NCBI GenBank assembly: GCA_036785375.1
Contig: JAWMAR010000024.1
Location: forward strand, 4,774,001 to 4,838,000
Source: Leucoraja ocellata
Taxonomy: Eukaryota
DNA length: 64,000 nucleotides
Reading direction: 5' to 3'
The notes below the pieces were generated by a model. That model did not search any database, was not told the DNA's origin, and saw only the letters and a list, made by a program, of their open reading frames with translations. Position 1 is the first letter of the stretch; every line of letters starts with the position of its first letter. A program made the translations under genes and the position numbers. Shown here one piece after another: positions 50,859 through 61,807 of the stretch.

Positions 50859-53800
50859 CAGGGCTGCCAACATTGGTTGAGAGTTGGTAGTGAGAAATTG
50901 CGAGAGACTGAGGTGGGTGGGGGGGGGGGGGGGGTAGGATGTGGGAGGGGGGGGTGTGTCCCCTCCCATTGGTATGGAGTTTTTGCATTTCTCAGTTTGA
51001 AATTGTGCAATCTGGTGCTTACTGTAGCGAGTCTTAAAACTTACACTTGAATGCAATATTTATGCTTTAAATTGGATTAGCTATGAATAAGGTTAGGCTA
51101 AATTACATTCCTAATTACATTCAACAGTAGAGCCAGACTCTGATCAACAGGTGCAGCACATGAAAGATCTTAGTATATTCATGTATGGAAATCAGATTAT
51201 AATCAAACACTTGGCCCATGTTGACCAACCTGGGTCTCACTGCACACCTGGTACTACCCCTGACCCTGAGTCCAGTTGCATACCTTCTCTTATTTTGACC
51301 CTGAGTCCAGTCTTACACCTGGCCCCCTATCCTACCCTGATCCCAGTGTTGAACACTCCCATTGTCCCAGCTTTGACTGCACACCTAGTATTATTCCAGA
51401 CCTTGACTCTGGATGCACACTTTGCCTTGCTCCTAATCCCTCTGCACTGACAATATATCTGGCCCAAACATAAAGCCCCATATCTGACCCCCTGGACTTA
51501 ACCTATTATGTTCAAGTCCACAGGTGCTTATCTAATGCGGTAATCTTTTATGCTGCACTTCACAGACCAAATTTTGCATAACAAAATTTGCTACATCCAT
51601 TGCATTCCTTGTTATCTCATATGCTAGTTACTTTGTCAATTGGTTGAACACAATTTCTCATCCATAAAATTATACTCACTCAGCTGTATAAGTATTCTGT
51701 TACCATTTCCTTCATTTTCCTAACAAACTGACCTGAAGTCATTTTCACCCCCAATATTTTCAGTATTTTGCCGTCTTCCTCTCAGCTGGGACTTTTCCGA
51801 AATGCAAAGTCCAATGACTATATATATTTAAGCAATATTATTCTATTAAATGTGATCTTGAGAGTACATAATATTTTCTGTGGTATTCATAAGACAACAA
51901 TGATAAAAACATCTTTGTTTTGATTGCACCTACCAACATGCATACATTATTATATTAAGTTAATAAGTACCGAGGGGAAATATTTGTTCCAATGCTTCAG
52001 ATTCCCAACTACATTTACATTGAAGTGATTGAAATCCAAGTGGTTGAAGTCAGTATCAGCACAATTACTATATTAAACTTTGAATCTTCAGATGTCCTGG
52101 TTCAGGCTAAAACTAACAACAAATAATAACCTCTTCAAATGTTCCCCTGTAAGTATCTCTGTCACTCCTTTAAATATGCCCCTTCTTTGAACAAGCTCTT
52201 AAACATCGCATCTGAATCAGTTGCAATCTGATTACATTCTTTGAGGATGTTCATCCGCGTGTTCAATTAATAAAACAATGAGATTGGGGACATTTCTATT
52301 CAACCTGTCATAGGAATTTTGGGGGGGGTAGAAATAGTCAGTGAGGTAAAAACAAAATTATAGTTAAGTGGCAAATGACAATAGTGCTGCCTTCCCAATA
52401 TTTAACTGAAGGAAATAATGGATTATCGGGACAGTACGTTGTGACAGACAGCCTGACACCAAGCATGTCATTTTAATATTACACTTATCCCATCCCCTGG
52501 ATATTCCAGATTAATAAATAAAGGTTTTGGCAACTAATTACAAATCAGGCTAATTACAAATCAATAACATTAGCCAACTCTGAAACACGAAGCGCTGAGC
52601 ATTGGGATCCAGACATCACGGACATCTGGCCTCAGTACTCGCTCACATCTGTCTGAACCAGGGGCCATGGAGCGTTTTTGAAAGTGGGGAGACTGACTGA
52701 TCACTGGCCTTGGGGGTACCCGACGAGGGAGTGGAGCAACTGAGTGGGGAGAGGGTGTGGGAGGTAGGGACATTTTCAAATTTGTTGTATTAAAATCATG
52801 TTTTAGTGCATTGTAGAAGTATTATTTCAATGTTTTTTGTTTGTAGTATTTTTACGAGGTAACTTTTTAAAGGGTAACTTTTTCCACACAAAGGGTGGTG
52901 GGTGTATGGAACAAGCTGCCAGAGGAGGTAGTTGAGGCAGGGACTATCCCAACATTTAAGAAACAGTTAGACTGATACATGGATAGGACAGGTTTGGGGG
53001 GGATATGGACCAAAAGCAGGTAGTGTAGCTGGGACATGTTGGCTGGTGTGGGCAAGTTGCGCCAAAGGGCCTGTTTTCACACTGTATCACTCTATGACTA
53101 CATTATACCTCCACCATGCATGAATGCTTCACAATTAAGCATGGTCACGTTTTATTACCATATACTCAAGCTTAGAAACATAGAAAATAGGTGCAGGAAT
53201 AGGCCATTTGGACCTTCGAGCCAGCACTGCCATTCAATTTGATCATGGCAGTTCATCTAAAATCAGTACCTCTTTCCTGTTTTTCCCCATATCCCTTGAT
53301 TTCGCTCCAGGAGCTAAATGTAACTCTCTCTTGAAAACGTGCAGTGAATTGGCCTCCACTGCCTTCTGTGGCAGAGAATTCCACAGATTCACAACTTTCT
53401 GGGTGAAGAAAGTTTGTCCTCATCTCAGTCTTAAATGGCCTACCCCTTATACTTAAACTGTGACCCCTGGTTCTGAACTTACCCAACATCGGGAACATTT
53501 TTCTTGCAGTTAATGTAAGTGAAAATCTTGCAGGCAAGCAGGATGCTTTCTCCAACCACCCCCATTTAAGGCCACTATCTACCACCATTTCTACCCAATG
53601 CTTGGTACTTAGTTCCAGCAGCCACTGGTTGTCCTCCAGGATGCACTGAGCCTCAGGCTGGTCTATGCCGGTCACCAGGGCGAATTCGGCACAGACACTC
53701 TCACGGCTGCGGCGCAACGCTTCCAACGACTCCGACGGCCTGGGACTCTTGCACTGAGGCTGCTCCATGGCTGGAGCTGCAACGAGCGACTCGCCAGCCC

Positions 53801-54063
53801 GGCTAACAACCGCCAGCCCGGCAAACATTCGCCAGCCCTGGCTCCCCATTCGCATCTGCCCCCGCCGCTGCTTCTGCTTCCATCCCTCCCTCAGCACCGG
53901 CTCTCCAACACCCACGCCCCATGCAGTTGATATGCGTTTTAAATTGTCGTTGATCACAGAACTTCTCACGACAGAGCGTAGAAATTTGTGATCAGCGTGT
54001 GAGCATGAGAATTTGGCCAAATGCGTGATTCTCACGCTCAATGCTTGTGCGTTGGCAGCCCTG
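50859..54063. mobile_element. TIR-bounded non-autonomous DNA transposon carrying cargo
   Basis: Perfect 13-bp TIRs cagggctgccaac/gttggcagccctg. Direct repeat agtttg on both flanks (50853-50858, 54064-54069). The two flanks join into a SINE V-domain sequence. Confidence 0.75.
53613..53768 (-). pseudogene. TDP2: Orphan TDP2-like first coding exon (N-terminal UBA-like segment), 52 codons
   Basis: gccATGG start. MEQPQCKSPRPSESLEALRRSRESVCAEFALVTGIDQPEAQCILEDNQWLLE resembles human TDP2 RRLLCVEFASVASCDAAVAQCFLAENDWEME (recalled). Followed by CTAAGT, not GTAAGT. GC/CpG-rich. No further TDP2 exons found in the window. Confidence 0.7.
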
Positions 54064-54541
54064 AGTTTGTACATTCTCCCTGACTGTGTGGGTTTTCTCC
54101 GGGCGCTCCGAATTTCTCCTGCATTCCAAAGACATGCAGGTCTGCAGGTTAATTGGCTTTGGTAAAATTGTAAAATTGTCCCTAGTGTGTAGGATAGTAC
54201 TAGTGTACGGGGATCGTACGGACTCGGTGGGCCAAAGGGCCTGTTTCTGCGCTGTATCTCAACATTAAACTAAATTAAACTATTACATCTTGACCGTCTA
54301 TCCTGAAGAAATAAGTAGACCCTCAATTTATCACTTAATCTTGATAATAACATTCCACTTGCAACAAAATATTTGTGGAATATCCGTCTAGATTATGTCC
54401 GCAGTCTTGGAGGGTGACTTTGAATCTCAGCCTTCAGATGTAGATATGTGAAGTACCAGCTGAGTTAAACTGACATCGAGTTGCATGATCATGTCGCTTA
54501 GTGTCTTGAATGGGGACAGAAGCAATGGAAGGCCCACCTAC

Positions 54542-54678
54542 CTCCATGTTTTGTACATCTTCCATCAGTTTCACTTCCTCTGAGGAAGGTTCTGTCCATC
54601 CACCTTCCACCACAACGGGCTGAATCGGAGATTTTGTTGGAACCATGTTGGCAGGACACATGGATCCCACTCGTCTCC
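54542..54678 (-). CDS. DCDC1: DCDC1 coding exon (GRRVGSMCPANMVPTKSPIQPVVVEGGWTEPSSEEVKLMEDVQNME)
   Basis: atcacag acceptor, GAG|gtaggt donor, 137 bp (phase 1 to 0). MVPTKSP[IV]QPVVVEGGWTE is nearly identical to human DCDC1 (recalled). Confidence 0.95.
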
Positions 54679-54694
54679 CTGTGATAAACATTGA

Positions 54695-55107
54695 ACAAAG
54701 AAACAAAAAAACAGGTGCAGGAGTAGGCCCTTCGGCCCTTTGAGCCAGCACTGCCATATTATGATCATGCTGATCATCCAAAATCAGTACCCCATTCCTG
54801 CTTTCTTCCCATATCTCTTGATTCTGTTAGCCTTAAGAGCTATATCTAACTTTCTCTTGAATACATCTAGTGAATTGGCCTCCACTGCCTTCTGTGGCAG
54901 AGAATTCCACAGATTCATAACTCTCTGGGTGTAAAAGTTTTTCCTCATCTCAGTCCTAAATGGCCTACCCTTTATTCTTAAACTATGACCTCTGGTTCTG
55001 GACTCCCCCAACATTGCGAACATTTTTCCTTCATTTAGCCTGTCCAACCCCTTTAAGAATTTTATATGCTTCTATAAGATCCCCTCTCACCCTTCTAAAT
55101 TCCAGTG
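54695..55107 (-). mobile_element. CR1/HER1-like LINE 3' end abutting a DCDC1 acceptor
   Basis: ORF 54784-55047 RTRGHSLRIKG...QRVMNLWNSLP. Tail ...ctcctgcacctgtttttttgtttctttg. Confidence 0.9.
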
Positions 55108-56082
55108 GGGCAAGAGGAAGCCTGGTAAGTGATGGGTGGATTCACATGATGTATAGAGCGGGAGTAGTGGGAGACGGTCTCACAGGTGTACAGTAAAGAG
55201 CAAATTGACTGGTTGCATCATAGTCTGGTTCGGCAACTCGAATGTCCAGGAATGAAGATTACAAAAAATAGTGACAAAAACTGCACAGTCCATCACGGGT
55301 ACTGACGTCACCAAATTGAAAGAATCTACAAGAGTCGTTGCCTCAAAAAGAGACCTACACCAACCTGGTCAGGTTCTTATTTCACTCCTGCCTTCTGGAA
55401 GGTACAGGAGCCTGAAACTGTGATAATGTTCAGCTTCTGCCCTACAGCAACCAGGCTATTAAACACTACTACCTCCAAATAAGCTCTGAACCACAAAGAC
55501 TCGGGGACATATTTTTGCACTATTTTTGTGTATTTGATTGTCTCATTTTTTAATATATATTCTGAACCTTTTTTTGTTTATTGTGGATTTTACAGAGTAC
55601 TATGTTTATATATCTGTTATGCTGCTGTAAGTAAGAATTTCATTGTTCCGTTTTGTGACATGACAATAAAAGACTCTACACTGTCTTGACTAGAACTCCT
55701 TTCAGAGGATGAGAACTTCTTCAAAGTGGCCATACTTTGAAGAGATTTTGTTAGCCCAGTGAGTTACTCACTGATAGCCCAGTGAGTAACATTGCTGAAG
55801 GATTGTGTAGGATGGAACTGCAGATGTTGGTTTAAACCAAAGACAGACACAAAAGGCTGGGGTAACTCAGTGGGTCAGGCAGCATCTCTGGAAAAAACAA
55901 ATAGGTGACGTTTCGAGTGAAGAAGGGTGTCGACCCAAAACATCACCTATTCCTTTTCTCCAGAGATGCAGCCTGACCCACTGAGTTACTCCAGCCTTTT
56001 GTGTCTTGCTGAAAAAGTGTCAGGTATCAATAGCCGAACAAAGCAGAACCTCATGGTGGAGTGTCCTGTTCAGCTTCATTAC

Positions 56083-56184
56083 CTTGAAGGTGACGCATTT
56101 TGTGCTTCATTTTATCAAGATCGGAGAGAACTTTTTCTTTCTGCAACCAATGCTTTTGCTGGAGCCGCAGCCTTTTGTTCAATT
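56083..56184 (-). CDS. DCDC1: DCDC1 coding exon (ELNKRLRLQQKHWLQKEKVLSDLDKMKHKMRHLQ)
   Basis: tttcag acceptor, AAG|gtaatg donor, 102 bp (phase 1 to 1). Resembles human QNWLKKDRILADLDTMRHKMRQLK (recalled). Not in the ORF track; translated by hand. Confidence 0.92.
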
Positions 56185-56907
56185 CTGAAATTTAAAGACA
56201 GTCAGGGTTACCATTTCACCACATGCACACTAGTGCATTTTACCAGTTGTTCACACACTGGAGGTGCTTAAAGATTAAGCCTTACTCTCCAAAGTAACTG
56301 CTGCTTTCTGTGTTAGCAGATCTCCCGAAGAGCTGGCTGTCATAATAGCAAGGTTGACGAGAATCTACTCTTCAGCCTCAAGGAGCAAACGTCTCAGTTT
56401 GTTAGGGCTATTATGAAAAGATGAAGTGATAAACTCTGTATCTACTAATCAAGGTGTCTGGGAGAGTATAACACTCTCACAGTATAATCTTCATGGTGGA
56501 AAATGAAAATAAAAGTGTGTAAGTTTACTTGAGAGAATTATACAGTACAGGTCTAAAGCGAAGATAGACACAAAGTGCTGGAGTAACTCAGAGGGTCAGG
56601 CAGCAACTCTGGAGAAAAGGAAGAGGTGACGTTTCGGGTTGTAAACCTTCTTCAGATTGAAAGATAGTGGTTGGGAGGGACTAACTCTACAGAAAGTTTT
56701 TCCTTCCATTATTTATTATGTAAAAGAATATGTGTGTTATTCAGATCAAACCAGGCATTTTTTCATCTCCAGTCTACCCCCCCCCCCCCCCCCCCCCCCC
56801 CCACCCCACCCCCACAGCTCCTATGGTTTTCCTACAACGCAAAGCTTCTTAGGCACACCAGAACTGCCTATAAGCAAGTGCAAGCATTTGTGAGTCAGAC
56901 TAAAAAA

Positions 56908-57126
56908 AGGGCCCGTCCCACTTGGGCGTCATTTGCTCGTCATTTACGCGACATCATTTACTCGTCACGACGCACAATGAACATGGTGCGCATTAAACGC
57001 TTATGGTGCGTGGTGATGTAGGCCGTGACGTGTGGTCGCGCGCGGCGCCCCAGGATTTTGGGATGTACAAAATCTTTGCGCGCCATCTGCGTGACACGCA
57101 AATGACGCCCAAGTGGGACAGGCCCT
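56908..57126. mobile_element. PIF/Harbinger-like MITE, second family
   Basis: TIR agggcccgtcccacttgggcgtcatttg / caaatgacgcccaagtgggacaggccct. CpG-rich, suggesting a young copy. Confidence 0.75.
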
Positions 57127-57687
57127 TAAATGTTTACTACAACCCTGTGTGGATGTGGTGTATGTGAGAGAATGTGTGCGAGTGAGACAGAATGGGAAAA
57201 GCACGTGCGCGCAGTGTGTGTTTTAACCCGAGTGTAAACATCGGAGTCATGAGTGTGTGATGAGTGTGTAAATGTGGTTGATTATTTTAGTATAAGAATG
57301 AGAGAGATGGTGTGAGGATGTCTGGGAATATGAACTAGGAATAGCATAAAACAGATAGTGAGAGCATTTGAGAGAGAGAGAGAGGGAGTGGATGGAGTGA
57401 GATGTGAGAAAGAGAGTTTGAGAGTGTTTATTGAGCAGAGAATAGTTTGTTCCATTTCCAGGTAATTTGCTGACTACAGGAAAAGCTTCATGTTACAGAT
57501 AGCCTCTGGCCCAAAGAGATTGTACTACATTATAATTATAAATTTACTGTAAACTAAAAAGTTAGCCAAGTGTAAAGATTTCATGTGGTTTTGCATCAAG
57601 AATTTAACTCGTATAGTTGAGCTCTCTTTGACCCTAATGCAGCAGCTAATGTAAACCTGTAAAATACCGTATAACCACATAAATGTG

Positions 57688-57996
57688 TGGACAGCACAAT
57701 GGCGCAGCAGTAGAGTTGCTGCCTCATTGTGCCAGAGACCCGGGTTCGATCCTGACTACGGGTGCTGTCTGTACAGAGTTTGTACGCTCTCCCTGAGACC
57801 TGCTTGGGTTATCTCAGAGATCTTCAGTTTCCTCCCACACTCCAAAGACGTACAGGTTTGTAGGTTAATTGGCTTCCGTATGAATGTAAATTGTCCCTAG
57901 TGTGCATTGGATAGAATTAGTGTGCGGGGATTGCTGTTTGGGGCGGACTCGGTGGGCCGAAGGGCCTGTTTCCATGCTGTATCTCTAAACTCTAAA
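57688..57996 (+). mobile_element. HE1-like SINE
   Basis: Full head, core and tail. Confidence 0.88.
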
Positions 57997-58371
57997 ATAT
58001 AGTGGGAAGATTCCTCAGCAATAGAGTGTGCAGCTTGCTGAATGAGAGTGAGTAAGGACCAATTCCAGCTGCTGAATATGGGTCTCCTCATGAAACTATT
58101 GGAGAGTACAGGTTGTAATCTTATTGTCTATTGTAAATTAATATATGGCTTGAAACTTCTTCAACGATCTGAGCATTCCAAAAAATCTGTCCATCCCCAA
58201 TATCGTGTTCCCCCTGGATATGTCTGGCCACTTTGAATTGAATTGAAATGAAAGAAACAGCATAGAAACATGCCCTTTAACTCAACGAGTCCATGCCAAC
58301 CATTGATCACCTGATCATATTAGTTCTCTGTCATCCCACTGGCCTGGGTTAAATAACACATGTACATTCAT

Positions 58372-58675
58372 GGGCGGCACGGTGACATAGCGGTAGAGCT
58401 ACTGCCTCACAGCGCCAGAGACCCGGGTTCAATCCTGACCATGGGTGCTGTCTGTACAGGGTTTGTACGTTCTCCCCGTGACCTGCGTGGGTTTTCTCTG
58501 AGATCTTCGGTTTCCTCCCACACACCAAAGACTTGTAGGTTTGTAGGCTAATTGGCTTGGTTTAAATGTAAATTGTGTAGGATCGTGTAAGCGTGCGGGG
58601 ATCGCTGGTCAGTGCGGACTCGGTGAGCCGAAGGGCCTGTTTTCGCGGTCTATCTCTAAACTAAACTAAACTAAA
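58372..58675 (+). mobile_element. HE1-like SINE
   Basis: Full head, core and tail. Confidence 0.9.
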
Positions 58676-59239
58676 ATGATGGAATGTTTAAAATTCACTG
58701 AGCTCAGCAATGACTATTTCTGTCACACCTTAAATTATACAGGCTCGCAGGGCCCTCTGAAGGTGTTGGGTGGTATTTCTGGTGAACTGCAATAAATGGA
58801 TGGAAAAGCATTGACTTGATATTATGATGCTGACTTGGAAAGATATGCAAAAACACGTAGCATAAAGAGCATGGCTAGATACATTCAATTAGTTTGAAAG
58901 CTTACTACTCCTTATCATAATGGATTGTTTCCACCTGTCCATTCCCCAATCTCTTTGTCCCATCACTCACACACGTGACTTCATCGGTACAAGTCCCAAA
59001 CTCTGGATATTATCTCTCTTCTTTTAGGACTTTACCTACATTTTGTGCTGTGAAAATAATTATATTAATTTGTGTGTGAGTGTTGTGTAGAGATTTGCAA
59101 TGGAACTCAAGAATGTGTGATCCAAGATGCAATCCCCTTATGTCGATTCTTGCAAAAATTGCATCTTTTCGGCTGGTTCCCAAGGTAAGAGTTTTGATTA
59201 TCATAGATGTAAGCCAAAACTGGCACAGAAAGTTTTAAT

Positions 59240-60310
59240 AAACTACACAAAGTGCTGAAGTAACTCAGCAGGTCAGGCAGCTTCTCTAGAAAACATGAAT
59301 AGGTGATGTTTTGCGTCGGGACTCCTCTTCAGACTGATTGTAGTGAGGAGGGGGAGAAAACTGGAAGAGAAGTGCAGGAGGTAGCACCGATGCAGTCATC
59401 AATGTAATGGAGATAGAGTTTGGGGATAGGGCCTATGTACGCCTGGAACAACGTTATTACAAAGAGGCAGGCAGAGCTGGGGCCCATGCAGATGCCCATA
59501 GCTACACCTTGGACTTGGAGGAAGTGGGAGGAGTCAAATGAGAAGTTGTTGAGGGTGAGGACCAGTAGGGTGTTAGTTGAAATTGGATGATTCTGCAGTC
59601 GAGGAAGAAATGGAGAGCTTTAAGGCCTTCCTGGTGGGGGCTCGTAAGGTGGAAGTCATTAAAGAGATGAAGGGCATGTGAGGTATCTTGGGCATCGGTC
59701 GGGAAATATTGGACCAGGGGGGATAGGATGGAGTCAAGGTACGTGGAAATCATTTCTGTGGGACAGGAGCAGGCAGAAACCATGGCTCTGACAGGGCAGT
59801 TGTGTTTGTGGATTTTGGGGTGAAGGTAAAAACGGGCTGTGCGGGGCAGGGAAATGATAAGGTTGGAGGCTGACAGCCAGAAGTGATGAAATCAGTAATG
59901 GTGTTTGAGATTAAGGCCTGGTGCTCATCTGTGCGATCATGGTCCAAGGATAAGTAGGAGGTGTTTGAGATTTGTCACTTAGCCTCAGCCTGGTAAAGGT
60001 CACCATGACGGACTACCACGGCACCTCCCTTGTCGGCTGGTTTGATTATAATTTCAGGGTTGCTGCAGGGTGAGCGGAGGGTTATACATTCAGAGGGGGT
60101 GAAGCTGGAGTAGGTAAGGGGAGTGGAAACGTTGAGACGGTTGATGTCATGCCGGTAGTTAGAAATAAAGAGGTCTAGAGAGGGTAGAAGGCCATTCTGG
60201 GGAGTCCAAGAGGAGGGGGGCCGGTGGAAACTGGAGAAGGGGTCATCACTGGGTGGTGAGGAATTCTTCCCATAGAACAAGGCATGGAGGCATTGGCGAC
60301 GGAAGAAAAG
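59240..60310 (-). mobile_element. Decayed Penelope-like element, RT region and pLTR fragment
   Basis: IIIKPADKGGAVVV motif in ORF 59975-60355 and ISTYLDSILSPLV in ORF 59502-59783. Frameshifted. Confidence 0.85.
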
Positions 60311-60750
60311 ATTAGAAGCTATGGAATGACCAATAGTCTTCGTACCTCTCCTCACCTGGTGGACTAACTCATGTTAAATTTCACTTGGAGATTAAATATG
60401 GTGGGACAAGTCATAACCTGCCTTATGGGCATGAGCTTTCTGGTCTCAGAAGAGTTGGCAGGGTTATCATGGAGTTACAAATGTTATTGGGGGGGGGGGG
60501 AGAATTCTCCTCGATGTTTGTTGCCCAATTCTCTGTGCAGTCCCAGCATTTTCTGTTGTGTTGTGAAACTAACGAGACACAGGGGACTGCTGATGCTGGA
60601 ATCTGAGGCAATAAACTATCAGACTGCAAATGCTGGAAACTGGAGAAACATGCAATCAAATGCAGTCACTCTCATCATGCACAGGTTCACTGTCGCTTCT
60701 AGGATCAAGGGCATGAGTACATTCTGGCACTGCCCATAATGAACCCTAGT

Positions 60751-60967
60751 CAGGGTTGTCTTAACAGCATTGTAGGCCCCCGGGCAAAGCAGCGCACTGG
60801 AGCCCCCACACTTCCAGTTTCTTTATGCCGAATCAAATATGCCGTCATGCACTTGCGATGTTCTTCCCCGTTTTCATGTTCTACACATTCATAGACTAGC
60901 ATGGGGCCCCTATGCTCGTGGGCCCCCGGGCAACTGCCCAGCGTGCCCCTGCATTAAGACGGTCCTG
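60751..60967. mobile_element. hAT-type MITE
   Basis: TIR cagggttgtcttaa/ttaagacggtcctg. 8-bp TSD accctagt/accctaat. Internal ggcccc(cggg) repeats. Confidence 0.8.
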
Positions 60968-61013
60968 ACCCTAATGCACTTCCGGAGCAATGGTGAGGGA
61001 GTGTTGCACTCTC

Positions 61014-61291
61014 TTTTTTTTTTTTTTTTTTTTTTTAAATTTTAATCAAAAAATTTATTCAATTATTAAAAAATAATATTTACACTACAATAAAACAAGC
61101 CAGAACCCACCACCATAAATACAATACAAACATATATCCATAATAAACTATTATACAATTATGATACAATCCTTATTGAGGATACATTCAACACCCTGCG
61201 GAGCCCAGCGGTCCCGGAACTCCCTCAGGGTGCCCACATACAGGGCATATTCCCTTTCTAATCCCACCCGGGAACGGACGTAACCCCGGAA
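61014..61291 (-). mobile_element. 5'-truncated Tx1/L1-clade LINE with poly(A) tail
   Basis: Poly-T at 61014-61036. Minus strand reads FRGYVRSRVGLEREYALYVGTLREFRDRWAPQGVECIL. Perfect 15-bp TSD gagtgttgcactctc at 60999-61013 and 61292-61306. Confidence 0.85.
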
Positions 61292-61678
61292 GAGTGTTGC
61301 ACTCTCAGGGGTGACATTAGATGAGAAGACTGACTGTTTAATGGAAAAAACGAGCAGCCAAACTCTCCAATGTCAGGGTCTCTCATCAATCACGACGTAA
61401 GCTGGTATTGTGCTGCGTGTATTTTCCAGCGACATAGAAGGAGGCCATTTAGCCCATTGAGTTTATGCTGGCTTTCGAGGTAATCTACAAGCGCACAAGA
61501 AAATGGGAAGCTGGTGCGGGCCATGCCTGCAAGGCTTCGATCAGAAACATTAACAGTCCCTTCCCCCCACAGACGCTGCTTGACCCATTGAGTTCCTTCA
61601 GCAAATTGTTTGTTGGAGTTTTTTCTAGATATGCTACACCTATTTTAGAAACTAGGAACATCAATTTTAAGCACTTAC

Positions 61679-61807
61679 CACTAAGAGGTACAAAGGGCTC
61701 TCCACAAGACACCCAGACCTCAGGAGGGTTTCTGATGGTTGGGTTTATTTTAAAGTCTTCACGGATGTCCAAGTCATCACTTTCAGGAGTCAATAATTTT
61801 GCCCCGT
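61679..61807 (-). CDS. DCDC1: DCDC1 coding exon (DGAKLLTPESDDLDIREDFKINPTIRNPPEVWVSCGEPFVPLS)
   Basis: Pyrimidine tract plus ctactag acceptor, G|gtaagt donor, 129 bp (phase 1 to 1). WVSCGEPF matches human RNPIAIWVSCGEPFLP (recalled). Confidence 0.93.

Noticed and set aside
52486-52520. Minus-strand LLIWNIQGMG as the TDP2 catalytic TWNIDGL exon
   Set aside because: Immediate stop codon, weak similarity and no convincing splice sites.
53253-54074. 273-aa ORF as a real gene
   Set aside because: It is a chance fusion of SINE/transposon end, the TDP2-like exon, intron-like sequence and a CR1 fragment (RTRGHSL).
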